DNA of 64,000 nucleotides from Candidatus Staskawiczbacteria bacterium (GCA_023245155.1 JAHFKV010000001.1:331034-395033), one strand, 5' to 3'; shown: positions 8,844 through 18,693, counted from the stretch's first letter. Translations and numbers: made by a program. Notes: generated by a model from the sequence alone, not told the origin.

Positions 8844-10598
8844 ATGGAAAATAAAGATACAACTTATTTTGGTCTAACCTCGTTCAGAAATGAACGCAAG
8901 AAATTTGGCATTAAGCGTGACGACCGCCGCCGCCATTTTTATACCATCGGGAAAACCGGCATGGGGAAATCCAACTTAATGGAAAGCATGGCCATCCAGG
9001 ATATTCAAAATGGAAATGGTATTGCCTACGTTGACCCGCACGGCGAGGGTGCCGAAAAGCTTTTGGATTTTATTCCTCAAGAACGTATTAAAGATGTGAT
9101 TTTTTTCAACCCGGCGGATTTGGATTTCCCGATTGCTTTTAATGTCATGGAAAAAGTGGATTTCCGCTACCGTCATTTGGTGGCCGGAGGGTTAATGGCC
9201 GTATTTAAAAAAGTCTGGCCCGATGTGTGGTCTGCAAGAATGGAATATATTTTAAGCAATACCATTTTAGCCTTGCTAGAATATCCTGATTCCACCCTGT
9301 TAGGTGTTAACCGTATGCTTTCAGATCCCGATTATCGTAAGAGGGTGGTGGAACAAGTAAAGGACCCGATTGTCAAAGCTTTTTGGAGTGTGGAATTTGC
9401 CAGGTATAGCCAGAAATATGAAACGGAAGCTACTGCGGCTATCCAAAACAAAGTAGGGCAATTCGTCTCCAATGCCTTGATCAGAAACGTAATCGGCCAA
9501 ACTAAAAGTACCGTCAATATGAGAAAAATCATGGATGACGGCAAAATTTTGATTTTAGATTTGTCAAAAGGCCGCATCGGCGAAGATAATTCCCGATTAT
9601 TGGGGGCTCTGTTAATCACCAAGCTGCAGTTAGCGGCCATGAGTCGGGTAGACATTCCCGAAGACGAACGCAAAGATTTTTATTTGTATGTGGATGAATT
9701 TCAGAACTTTGCAACAGAGTCCTTCGCTAATATTTTATCTGAAGCCCGCAAATACCGCTTGAATTTAATTGTGGGCCACCAATACATTACCCAAATGGAT
9801 GAAATTGTCCGTGACGCGGTGTTTGGTAACGTGGGAACTTTGGCCGTGTTCCGGGTAGGTGCAGAGGATGCCGAATTTTTAGAAAAAGAATTTTCACCCG
9901 AATTTACCGCTGAAGATTTGGTTAACCTTTCAAAATATAATATTTATTTGAAACTAATGATAGACGGGGTGGCTTCACATCCGTTTTCGGCGGGAACGTT
10001 AACGCCGCCCATTCCACTGGCGGAATCAAACCGGGAAGCGATTATTGCTTTTTCACAGGAACATTATGGTGTGAAACGCGAAATGGTGGAAGAAAAGATT
10101 GCTGCTTGGGCAATCGATGGCCAGCCTGCCGTGGTTGCTGGTAAAGCTGGCGGTGCGCCCGCGGGCGCGGCACCAAAAAAATCTCCCGCCCCTTTACCCT
10201 TAATCCAAGAAGACGGCACGGCTCTGTATACCGCCACCTGCGACAATTGCGGTAAAACCACTCGGGTGATTTTTGAACCAACTCCGGGTAAACCGATTTA
10301 TTGCAAATCGTGCCTCAAAAAGATGAAGGCGGCCAAAGTTGCGTCAGAAGACTCTAAATCACAACCAAATCCTAAGCAAATTCCAAATCAAAAATCCCCA
10401 CCGCCAAAGCGAAAAGAAATTAACTTGTCTGAACTGAAAAGTTTAATTGATAAATCATTAGAACATGATAAGCAGATGAAAGAAGAGGCAGAAAAACCAG
10501 AGGAACCTAAACCAGCAGAAGCCCAATTTGAAAAGCCCGGGGAAGACGGCTTAAAAAAGGGGCTCATCAATCCGGGGCAAAAAGTGGATTTAACATGA
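8844..10598 (+). CDS. TraD/VirD4 (type IV coupling protein)-like P-loop ATPase with a C-terminal CxxC-x17-CxxC zinc ribbon
   Basis: Walker A GKTGMGKS and Walker B-like YLYVDEFQNF. ARKYRLNLIVGHQY. Tail CDNC-(17 aa)-CKSC embedded in a Pro/Ala/Lys-rich low-complexity region. Confidence 0.75.
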   Translation: MENKDTTYFGLTSFRNERKKFGIKRDDRRRHFYTIGKTGMGKSNLMESMAIQDIQNGNGIAYVDPHGEGAEKLLDFIPQERIKDVIFFNPADLDFPIAFNVMEKVDFRYRHLVAGGLMAVFKKVWPDVWSARMEYILSNTILALLEYPDSTLLGVNRMLSDPDYRKRVVEQVKDPIVKAFWSVEFARYSQKYETEATAAIQNKVGQFVSNALIRNVIGQTKSTVNMRKIMDDGKILILDLSKGRIGEDNSRLLGALLITKLQLAAMSRVDIPEDERKDFYLYVDEFQNFATESFANILSEARKYRLNLIVGHQYITQMDEIVRDAVFGNVGTLAVFRVGAEDAEFLEKEFSPEFTAEDLVNLSKYNIYLKLMIDGVASHPFSAGTLTPPIPLAESNREAIIAFSQEHYGVKREMVEEKIAAWAIDGQPAVVAGKAGGAPAGAAPKKSPAPLPLIQEDGTALYTATCDNCGKTTRVIFEPTPGKPIYCKSCLKKMKAAKVASEDSKSQPNPKQIPNQKSPPPKRKEINLSELKSLIDKSLEHDKQMKEEAEKPEEPKPAEAQFEKPGEDGLKKGLINPGQKVDLT

Positions 10599-11566
10599 AA
10601 AGCGTTACTGATTTTGATGTACAGGGAAAGCGCGTCTTGGTAAGATGTGATTTTAACGTGCCGCTGTCTGGCGATGGTGAGATTTTAGATGATGCCAAAA
10701 TTCGCGAAGCCCTGCCGACCCTCAATTACTTGCTTGATCACGGAGCCAAGGTAATTGTGATTACGCATCTTGGCGATGGCTCAGAAAGTTTAGATACTGT
10801 GAAGGCCAGGCTATTTGAATTACTTGCCCTGAGCGGAGTCGAAGGGCTGGGCTCAATAGAAGTGTCAGAAAATATCCGTAGTCATAAAGAAGAAACAGAA
10901 AATGATGAAGCATTCGCCAAAAAGCTTGCGGCAATGGGGGATATTTACATTAACGAAGCGTTTGACGTGTGCCACCGCGCTCATGCCTCGGTGGTGGGCG
11001 TTCCTAAATTCTTACCGCACGGCGCTGGTTTTCAGTTACAAAAAGAAGTACAGGTGCTTACTCAAATTATGCAGCGGCCCGAAAGGCCGATGGTGGCTAT
11101 TATCGGTGGAGCCAAAGCAGAAACCAAAGCCAAATTTGTGGAACCTTTTTGCGCTTTTGCCGACGCCGTTATTGTCAGTGGTTTAATAAAGAAAGAATTG
11201 ATAGACAAAAAAATCCATTTAGGATATCCGGAAAAAGTTATAGGCCCTAAAGATGATTTGCAGGCATTGGATATTTCAGTTGCAGACGTAGAAAGAATTT
11301 CCAAGCATATTTTCCAAGCCAAAACCGTGTTTTGGAACGGGCCATTTGGTAAGTGTGAAGATGAAAAGTATAGAGCCGGTACCCTGGCAATTGCCAAAGC
11401 CATTATTGAAAGTGGGGCGTTTTCGGTGGTGGGGGGAGGCCAAACGGTTGAGTTTTTAAAAGAAGAAGGTATGATTGAAAAGTTTAACCATGTTTCAACC
11501 GCCGGTGGGGCAATGCTGGAATTTCTAAGTGGCCAAGAGTTACCAGGGTTAAAAGCGCTGGAATAA
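10595..11566 (+). CDS. pgk: Phosphoglycerate kinase (compact, 323 aa)
   Basis: RCDFNVPL, NEAFDVCHRAHAS, IIGGAKAETK, FWNGPFG, GGGQTVEF, STAGGAMLEFL. Confidence 0.85.
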   Translation: MKSVTDFDVQGKRVLVRCDFNVPLSGDGEILDDAKIREALPTLNYLLDHGAKVIVITHLGDGSESLDTVKARLFELLALSGVEGLGSIEVSENIRSHKEETENDEAFAKKLAAMGDIYINEAFDVCHRAHASVVGVPKFLPHGAGFQLQKEVQVLTQIMQRPERPMVAIIGGAKAETKAKFVEPFCAFADAVIVSGLIKKELIDKKIHLGYPEKVIGPKDDLQALDISVADVERISKHIFQAKTVFWNGPFGKCEDEKYRAGTLAIAKAIIESGAFSVVGGGQTVEFLKEEGMIEKFNHVSTAGGAMLEFLSGQELPGLKALE

Positions 11567-11590
11567 TTAACATTTGTCATCATTGGAATT

Positions 11591-12742
11591 ATGCAAGGAA
11601 AAATAAAAAATTTAACAGAAGCTGCAGAACGTATTAAAGTTGCTGTTAACAGCAACGAGCGGATTATTATTTATGCAGACTCCGATGCGGATGGAATCTG
11701 CTCGGCGGTAATTTTACAAGATGTCCTCAAAAACCTTGGGGCGACTCCGGTTGCCGTGGCTTTTCCAAACCGGGAAGAAGATGGTTATGGCATTAACCAA
11801 AAAGCCCTGGAATTTTTGAAACCCCACGCCCCCGCTTTGTTTATCACCCTAGACTTGGGAATTGGAAACATCAAAGAAGTGGAGCAGGCCAACGCCTTGG
11901 GATTTGAAGTTATTATTATTGACCATCATCAGGTATTAGAAAAAGTTCCGGACGCCAAGGTTGTTGTGGATCCGCAACAAGCAGGGGATGAATCGGGCAT
12001 GCAGTATCTTTGTAATGCGGGGATCGTGTTTACGTTAGCGCAGGAACTGCTGCCGGCCATGCCAGAACTCTTACGCCGCAGTTTGGTTGAGTTAGCCGCC
12101 TTGGCCACTATTTCAGACATGGTGCCCCAAATTTCTGAAAATGTGCAAATTATTTCTGAGGGTTTACGGTCGCTTCCCGGCACCGTGCGTCCGGGCCTGA
12201 AAGCCTTTTTACAACTTCTGCCATCCGCTGATCCGCAAACCCATATGAAAATTATCGGGGCAATGAATTCAGCCGAATCGCTTCATTTTTCCAATGATGC
12301 TTTCAAACTTTTGACCCTTTCAGATGCGGCTGAATGCCGCGAACTGGCCGAAGATTTACTGAGCCGAGTGCGTTTAAAACAAATGCGCATTGAGGCGATT
12401 TTGCAAGACGTGGAGCAGCGCATCAGCCGCAAGGGCAACGACCCAATTATTTTTGAAGGGGATCCGGCCTGGAAACTGATTTTAGCTGGCATGGTGGCAA
12501 GTATTATTGCCCAAAAATACCAAAAGCCCACGTTTATTTTTAAAAAGATGGATGCGGAGTCAGCCGGCTCAGTCCGCAGCTTAAAAGAAGGCCAGAATTC
12601 CGTGGAGGCCATGAAGTCTTGCAAAGATTTATTAATTACCTATGGCGGGCATCCCAAAGCTTCGGGGTTTCGCATTAAAAATGAAAACTTAGAACAGTTT
12701 AAAGCGCGCCTGGAAGAGTATTTTAAGGGAACGAGAACATGA
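11591..12742 (+). CDS. DHH/DHHA1 phosphoesterase, short RecJ-like
   Basis: DSDADGICS, IIIDHH, and the C-terminal DHHA1 motif GGHPKASGF. Confidence 0.75.
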   Translation: MQGKIKNLTEAAERIKVAVNSNERIIIYADSDADGICSAVILQDVLKNLGATPVAVAFPNREEDGYGINQKALEFLKPHAPALFITLDLGIGNIKEVEQANALGFEVIIIDHHQVLEKVPDAKVVVDPQQAGDESGMQYLCNAGIVFTLAQELLPAMPELLRRSLVELAALATISDMVPQISENVQIISEGLRSLPGTVRPGLKAFLQLLPSADPQTHMKIIGAMNSAESLHFSNDAFKLLTLSDAAECRELAEDLLSRVRLKQMRIEAILQDVEQRISRKGNDPIIFEGDPAWKLILAGMVASIIAQKYQKPTFIFKKMDAESAGSVRSLKEGQNSVEAMKSCKDLLITYGGHPKASGFRIKNENLEQFKARLEEYFKGTRT

Positions 12743-13362
12743 AGTGGAAAATAGTTTTTTGGGCACTAATCATATTGGCGGGGGTAGTGGTGTATACGGT
12801 TGATGACCAGCCGGTGCGCCAAATGGAAGCAAAGAAAAATTCACAATTGGCCGCGGTGCTGGCTGAAGCTCCAAAAGTGCTTGTCATTGGCCAGCGGGCC
12901 AAATCAGCCGATTGCCAGTTGAAGGGCTCATTACCAGACCACGAATGCAGCCCCGGTGCCATTTTTGAAAATACCACCAAAGAAATTATTTGTGTGCCAG
13001 GCTACACTAAAACCGTCAGGAAAGTTTCTACCAGTTTGCGTAAAAAGGTTTTTGCTGAATATGGAGTTTCCTGGCCCCAACCTTACGGAAGTTATGAAGT
13101 GGATCATATTATTCCACTGGCCCTGGGTGGCAATAATGACATTGCTAATTTGTTCCCCGAAGCTCTGGAACCCCACCCCGGATTCCAGGAAAAAGACGTG
13201 GTGGAAAATTACTTGCATGAGCATGTCTGTTCAGGGGACATTGATTTAGCTGCAGCCCAAGTGCAAATCGCCAACGACTGGCTGGGGGTGTATCATAATT
13301 TAAGCGAAACCGTAATAAAAGATTATAAAACCCGTTACAAATCATGGGCGGGATCAAATTAA
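12739..13362 (+). CDS. Membrane-anchored/secreted HNH nuclease
   Basis: N-terminal TM helix. HNH core YEVDHIIPLALGGNNDIANLFPE. Confidence 0.7.
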   Translation: MKWKIVFWALIILAGVVVYTVDDQPVRQMEAKKNSQLAAVLAEAPKVLVIGQRAKSADCQLKGSLPDHECSPGAIFENTTKEIICVPGYTKTVRKVSTSLRKKVFAEYGVSWPQPYGSYEVDHIIPLALGGNNDIANLFPEALEPHPGFQEKDVVENYLHEHVCSGDIDLAAAQVQIANDWLGVYHNLSETVIKDYKTRYKSWAGSN

Positions 13363-13365
13363 TTC

Positions 13366-13809
13366 ATGAAAAACATTATTATTTACACTGACGGGGGATC
13401 GCGTGGAAATCCTGGCAAGGCGGCCATTGGGGTAGTTTTTTGTAATGAAATGGGTCAGGAAATCAAAAAATTCGGCGAATATTTGGGCGATGGGTTAACC
13501 AATAATGAAGCCGAGTACCAGGCGGTGATTTTTGCTCTCAAAAAATTCAAAGCGGTTTTTGGAAAAAAGATTGCGGAGGTCAGTGATGTAGAGGTTAGGA
13601 GCGATTCGGAGCTGCTAGTTAATCAAATGAATGGTAGATATAAATTAGAGAATGAAAAGATCCAAAAGTTTTTCATAGAAATTTGGAACTTGAAAATTGA
13701 TTTTAAATCGGTTAAATTTAAGGCAATCAGGCGCGAGCAGAATAAAGAGGCAGACAGGTTGGTAAACGAAGCGCTCGATGGGCAAATGAGCAGCCAAAAG
13801 TTGTTTTAA
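13366..13809 (+). CDS. rnhA: Ribonuclease HI
   Basis: DEDD residues in context: YTDGGSRGNPG, NNEAEYQAVI, SDSELLVNQM, NKEADRLVNEA. Confidence 0.9.
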   Translation: MKNIIIYTDGGSRGNPGKAAIGVVFCNEMGQEIKKFGEYLGDGLTNNEAEYQAVIFALKKFKAVFGKKIAEVSDVEVRSDSELLVNQMNGRYKLENEKIQKFFIEIWNLKIDFKSVKFKAIRREQNKEADRLVNEALDGQMSSQKLF

Positions 13810-13822
13810 AAACTGTAAAAAA

Positions 13823-13854
13823 CAAAAAAATCGATTGAAAAATCGATTTTTTTG
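13823..13854. terminator. Bidirectional intrinsic terminator shared by rnhA (+) and rnpB (-)
   Basis: CAAAAAAATCGATT / GAAA / AATCGATTTTTTTG. It has an A-run and a T-run, and abuts the rnpB 3' end. Confidence 0.75.
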
Positions 13855-13856
13855 TT

Positions 13857-14262
13857 GGACAAGCAAGACTGTAAGCCGAATTCTGTTCCGCCAGCTGGCG
13901 GAAGTGATTATCTATCTGGACTAACCATTACTGATTAGTTCTGGCGAACTACTTTTAACAGATTTTTGAGATGAAACCCAAATTTCTGCTTTGTTCTTGC
14001 ACCCAATAAGGATTTAGCCGTTGCACCCCCATATTACTATGGGATTCCCCGATGAATATCGGGGCCGTAGCCTTTCGGCCTTGGCGTCACTGTTCGCACC
14101 TCGCACCTTACGGTGTATGGCCGTTAGCCATTATTTTTTTATCCCGCCCTTCATTATATTTCTATACGTATGGCGGGAGGGAGTTCGGACTTTCCTCCCC
14201 ATAACCATGTTAGGGGTTTACCCTGAGCGTAGTCGAAGGGCAATCACTCATCTTGCTTGTCC
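13857..14262 (-). ncRNA. rnpB: RNase P RNA (bacterial type A-like)
   Basis: The reverse complement starts GGACAAGCAAG and ends CUUGCUUGUCC (P1 pairing). It contains GGGGAGGAAAGUCCGAACUCC (CR-I) and ACAGAAUUCGGCUUACAG near the 3' end. Confidence 0.9.
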
Positions 14263-14334
14263 GAATAAATAGTATCAAAGTTAAGCTTCTTTGTCAAATT
14301 TGAAAAATTCGCTGAAAAATATTAACATGTCTGT

Positions 14335-16002
14335 ATGGTGAAAGCTTTTATCCATAAAATTTCCAATTATCAAACCGAAAAAATCAGCCTGGCCGCCGGG
14401 ATTATTTCCGCTGCTTCATTCACCAGTTTTTTGCTAGGCTTGGTGCGTGACCGTCTGCTCAGCGGAGCTTTCGGAGTGGGGGATTCATTAGATGTGTATT
14501 ACACTGCTTTCCGCATACCCGATTTTGTCGCCCTAGTGCTGATGATGGGAGCTATTTCAGTGGCCATTATTCCTATTTTCACGCAAAATTTAGTGGAGGA
14601 TAAATCTAAGGCTTTCAAATATTTATCCAACTTTTTGAACGTGGCCACCATATTAATGATTGTGGTGTGCGGCATCCTTTTTATTTTTGCGCCAAACTTT
14701 ATTAAACTCATTGCTCCCGGATTTAACCCAGCCAAAAAAGAAACCACCGTTATGCTCACGCGCATCATGTTTTTGAGCCCTATTTTACTGGGTATTTCCA
14801 ACATTATTTCCGCCGCGCTGATGGTGTTTAAGCGATTTCTCATCACTTCACTTGCTCCGATTGTGTATAATATAGGCAGCATCGTTGGCATCATATTTTT
14901 TGTACCCATGTGGGGGATTGCGGGCCTGGCATGGGGAATTGTATTGGGGGCGCTTTTGCACTTGGTAATCCAAATTCCTTCCTTCTTGAGCATTGGGTTT
15001 ACGTACCAGCCATCATTCAACTTTTTAGAAAAAGATTTTTTACAAACGGTAAAACTCACCATTCCCCGGGCCATTGGTTTAACCGCCGCCCAGGTGAATT
15101 TCATCATCATCACGGCCATCGGTTCCACGTTGCTGGTTGGTTCGGTTACCATGTTTAACTGGGCCAACGATTTGTCTGCCCCTATTGTAGGTTTAGTTGC
15201 CATTCCGTTTGCTACGGCCGTTTTCCCGGCGCTTTCGCTGGCGATAACTAAAAACAATCGCGATGAATTTTTGCAACAATTTTACTTGGCCTTCCGCCAG
15301 ATTTTATTTTTGATTATCCCCGCTAGCGCCCTGGCCTTTGTGTTGCGGGCGCATTTGGTCAGAATTGTATTCGGAACTTCGTACGTTGATTGGACACAAA
15401 CGCGTTTAACTGCCGCCTGCTTTGGCATTTTCATGTTTGCCTTGTTTGCCCAAGGCTTAGTGTATTTGGTTTCGAAAGCCTTTTACGCCATGAAAAATAC
15501 GTTTATTCCCTTGGCCGTCAGCTTGGTGAGCATTGTGGTGTTGCCCGCCCTGGCTTATTATTTCGTGCATGCCTTTCGCGCCTCCAACGTCTTTGCTGAT
15601 GTGATTGCTTCGGCTTTGAAAGTACAGGATATTGCCCATTTCCAGATTTTGGCCTTGCCCTTGGCTATTTCTATTGACGCGGTTATTCAGATTGTTTTTC
15701 TGCTGCTGTTTTTGCGCCTATTTTTCAAAGAAATAAGATATGGCCACATGGTACCATTTTTGTTAAAAGTTTTAGTGGCTACAGCCGGTATGGTGATAAT
15801 TTCATATGGCGTCCGCCAAGTTTTCGGAGGATTTTTGGGAAGCACCACGTTCATGGTTATGTTTATTCAAACGGTTGTTGTCAGTTTAATTGCGGCCCCG
15901 ACGTACGTCGGGGCCGCCTGGCTCCTGCGCCTGCCCGAAATCAACACTATTACGTATTTTATCAACCGCCTTACGGGTGTTAAGACTGGTGAGAAGGTAT
16001 AG
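14335..16002 (+). CDS. murJ: Lipid II flippase MurJ/MviN
   Basis: About 14 TM helices. The N-terminus SFLLGLVRDRLLSGAFGVGDSLDVYYTAFRIPDF is typical of MurJ. Confidence 0.85.
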   Translation: MVKAFIHKISNYQTEKISLAAGIISAASFTSFLLGLVRDRLLSGAFGVGDSLDVYYTAFRIPDFVALVLMMGAISVAIIPIFTQNLVEDKSKAFKYLSNFLNVATILMIVVCGILFIFAPNFIKLIAPGFNPAKKETTVMLTRIMFLSPILLGISNIISAALMVFKRFLITSLAPIVYNIGSIVGIIFFVPMWGIAGLAWGIVLGALLHLVIQIPSFLSIGFTYQPSFNFLEKDFLQTVKLTIPRAIGLTAAQVNFIIITAIGSTLLVGSVTMFNWANDLSAPIVGLVAIPFATAVFPALSLAITKNNRDEFLQQFYLAFRQILFLIIPASALAFVLRAHLVRIVFGTSYVDWTQTRLTAACFGIFMFALFAQGLVYLVSKAFYAMKNTFIPLAVSLVSIVVLPALAYYFVHAFRASNVFADVIASALKVQDIAHFQILALPLAISIDAVIQIVFLLLFLRLFFKEIRYGHMVPFLLKVLVATAGMVIISYGVRQVFGGFLGSTTFMVMFIQTVVVSLIAAPTYVGAAWLLRLPEINTITYFINRLTGVKTGEKV

Positions 16003-16107
16003 CTGAGTTGCTTATGGTTGATTTAGCCTGATCTCGGACTGAATCGGCCGGGCTTTTTTGTTGTAATAGGGCTGGAAATTTGGGGTAAAAAGGGGTAATG
16101 TTGGTGT

Positions 16108-17919
16108 ATGTCCCAAGAACATATCCGAAATTTTTGTATTATTGCACACATTGACCACGGTAAATCCACATTGGCGGATAGGCTTTTGGAATTGACCAGC
16201 ACGGTGGCGGCTAAAAAAATGTCTGCGCAGTTTTTGGACAGCATGGAATTAGAAAAAGAGAAGGGGATTACGATTAAATTAAAGCCCGTCAGAATGGAAT
16301 ACGCGTTAGATGGCAAACAGTACATTTTGAATTTGGTGGATACACCGGGACACGTGGATTTTTCATATGAAGTTTCGCGCTCTTTGGCGGCGGTGGAGGG
16401 CGCAGTACTTTTGGTGGATGCCACGCAGGGGATTCAGGCGCAAACACTGGCCAACATTGAACTGGCTAAAAAGCAAAATTTGGTGATTATTCCGGTGGTT
16501 AACAAAATTGATATGCCTGCGGCCATGGTGGATGAATGCGTTCAAGAATTGGCCACGGTTTTGAATGTGGGCGCAGAGACTGTTTTAAAAATTTCCGCTA
16601 AAAACGGCACCAATGTAGAGGAAGTCTTAAAAACGATTATTGAAAAAGTGCCTTCACCTGAGATTCGTAATCCGGGAGCAGAAACAAAGCCATTCCGCGC
16701 ACTCATTTTTGATTCAACCTATGATTCTTTCAAAGGTGTGTTGGCACTGGTACGGGTAATGGAGGGCGAAATCCGCGACCGGGAAAAAATTGAATTATTG
16801 GCCACCAAAACTCAAGCAGAAGTAAAAGAATTGGGATATTTGCACCCGGGCATTGTGCCAAGTCAGACTATTTTATGCGGTGAAATTGGATATATTGCTA
16901 CGGGAATTAAAGAACCCGGAAAAGTTAGAGTTGGAGATACTATCGCGCGCGTATTGCCTGCAAATTCTCCAAAAAACGTCCCCCTGGGTGGATATCAAGA
17001 GCCCAACCCCATGGTATTTGCCAGTTTTTATCCGGAAGATCCGGAGGAATTTGACGTACTGAAGGTGGCACTGGGTAAATTAAAGTTACAGGATCCGGCG
17101 CTGGTGTACGAACCCGAAATGAAAGAGGCGTTGGGCCGCGGGTTCCGCTGCGGATTTTTGGGAACGCTGCACGTGGAAATTATTTCTGAAAGATTAGAAA
17201 GGGAATTTGGATTGACGCTAGTTATTTCCACCCCGTCGGTAATTTATAAAATTTTTGATAAAAAGGGGATTGAAAAAATAGTATATTCAGCTTCAGATTG
17301 GCCAGACCCCAGCGGTATTGAAAAAATGGAAGAGCCCTGGGTTTTGTTGGAAATTATTTCGCCGCAAAATTATTTGGGTAAATTAATGGAGGCCTTAAAA
17401 GACGTGGGTGGCAATTACTTGGAAACCAGCTATTTATCCGGTGAGCGGTCAATTATCAAATACGAAGCGCCCTTGCGCGCCATTGTGGCTAATTTGTATG
17501 ACAATATTAAAAGTATCAGCCAGGGGTATGCTTCGCTTTCCTACAAAACGCTGGGGTACCGGCCGGCGCAATTGGTAAAAATGGAAATTTGGATTGCCGG
17601 CAGACAGGAAGAGGCCTTTAGCCGCGTGGTAGCCGAGCGCGAAGCCTATGAACAGGGCAAAAAGATTGTAGAAAAATTAAAAGAAGCGTTGCCCATGCAG
17701 CAGTTTTCGGTAGCATTGCAGGCGGTCATTGGCGGAAAAATTATTGCCAGGGAAACCATTTCCGCCCGCCGCAAAGACGTAACGGGGTATTTGTATGGCG
17801 GCGACAAAAGCCGCAAAAAGAAGCTGTTGGAAAAACAAAAGAAAGGCAAAGCACTGATGAAGGATAAAGGCAAAGTCACTGTACCATCCAAGACGTTTTT
17901 GGAGATTTTTAGGGCGTAG
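16108..17919 (+). CDS. lepA: Translation elongation factor 4 (LepA)
   Basis: IRNFCIIAHIDHGKSTLADRLL, NLVDTPGHVDF, VNKIDMP, and the LepA C-terminal domain. Confidence 0.95.
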   Translation: MSQEHIRNFCIIAHIDHGKSTLADRLLELTSTVAAKKMSAQFLDSMELEKEKGITIKLKPVRMEYALDGKQYILNLVDTPGHVDFSYEVSRSLAAVEGAVLLVDATQGIQAQTLANIELAKKQNLVIIPVVNKIDMPAAMVDECVQELATVLNVGAETVLKISAKNGTNVEEVLKTIIEKVPSPEIRNPGAETKPFRALIFDSTYDSFKGVLALVRVMEGEIRDREKIELLATKTQAEVKELGYLHPGIVPSQTILCGEIGYIATGIKEPGKVRVGDTIARVLPANSPKNVPLGGYQEPNPMVFASFYPEDPEEFDVLKVALGKLKLQDPALVYEPEMKEALGRGFRCGFLGTLHVEIISERLEREFGLTLVISTPSVIYKIFDKKGIEKIVYSASDWPDPSGIEKMEEPWVLLEIISPQNYLGKLMEALKDVGGNYLETSYLSGERSIIKYEAPLRAIVANLYDNIKSISQGYASLSYKTLGYRPAQLVKMEIWIAGRQEEAFSRVVAEREAYEQGKKIVEKLKEALPMQQFSVALQAVIGGKIIARETISARRKDVTGYLYGGDKSRKKKLLEKQKKGKALMKDKGKVTVPSKTFLEIFRA

Positions 17920-17937
17920 TATTCTAAAGTTAAAAAT

Positions 17938-18657
17938 ATGAATACAATAGGAAAAAAAGAAAAATTAGAAATTTTGGAAAAGGCCAGACAATGGTGGAGA
18001 GAGGAGCTTGTTCCCGCACACAAGAGAAATTTACTCAAACTGAGTTCTTTAGATGAGTATGATATTAATCCTTTTCTCTGGTCATATTTGGCTTATTTTC
18101 TTGAGGGTAATGACACGCCAGAAACTCTTGCAAAAGTGCTTATTTATCCTAGGGTTTTGGGTACTTCTATTGTCACAACTTTTGGAAGTAGATCTCAGGA
18201 TTTCATATCAAGAGTGTTTGAAGGAGTTTTAGGCTCTGCTATTCCTGGTATTGACTTGGAATTTACTGATAAAATTGATGGGAGAAAGAAATATTGCCAA
18301 GTAAAAGCTGGTCCAAATATCGTTAACCATGACGGGGCAATTAGTATTAAAAATCACTTCAAGAGTGCAAGAATGATTGCGAAAACAAATCATTTACCTA
18401 TCGAAGTGGGTGATTTTATGCTTTGCCTGCTATATGGTGAATCTGGTCAAGAGAATGCATTTATAAAAAATATTGGTAAAGAATACTCTTTGGCGACTGG
18501 ACAGGAGTTTTGGCACAGATTTACTGGTGATCCAGATTTTTATTCCGATCTTATAAAAGTTATTGGTGAAGTAGCAGAAGAGTTTAATATGAAGAGAACT
18601 ATTAATAAAGTTATAAAAGAATTAGCAGAAAAAATTAAAGAAAAATACAGAAAATAG
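17938..18657 (+). CDS. Probable type II restriction endonuclease (recalls the Eco47II/Sau96I-type family)
   Basis: PD-(D/E)XK-like core GIDLEFTDKIDGRKKYCQVKAGPN. Immediately upstream of an m5C methyltransferase. AT-rich. Confidence 0.55.
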   Translation: MNTIGKKEKLEILEKARQWWREELVPAHKRNLLKLSSLDEYDINPFLWSYLAYFLEGNDTPETLAKVLIYPRVLGTSIVTTFGSRSQDFISRVFEGVLGSAIPGIDLEFTDKIDGRKKYCQVKAGPNIVNHDGAISIKNHFKSARMIAKTNHLPIEVGDFMLCLLYGESGQENAFIKNIGKEYSLATGQEFWHRFTGDPDFYSDLIKVIGEVAEEFNMKRTINKVIKELAEKIKEKYRK

Positions 18658-18693
18658 AATTAATTTCTTGAAAAGATATCCACATGGTAACCT

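Noticed and set aside
11062-11655. Long antisense ORFs (11062..11655, 14499..15257, 45667..46185, 37460..37882, 17646..18038, 16023..16424)
   Set aside because: Each lies opposite a confidently identified plus-strand gene (pgk, murJ, glmS, the macB genes, lepA) and has no motif of its own.
14021-14272. 83-aa plus-strand ORF
   Set aside because: It lies entirely within the minus-strand RNase P RNA (the CR-I motif GAGGAAAGUCCG maps here). It has no ribosome-binding site and an implausible composition.
16003-16107. Possible terminator after murJ (…CGGCCGGGCTTTTTTG)
   Set aside because: A T-run is present, but I could not pair a convincing stem upstream of it, so I did not call it.
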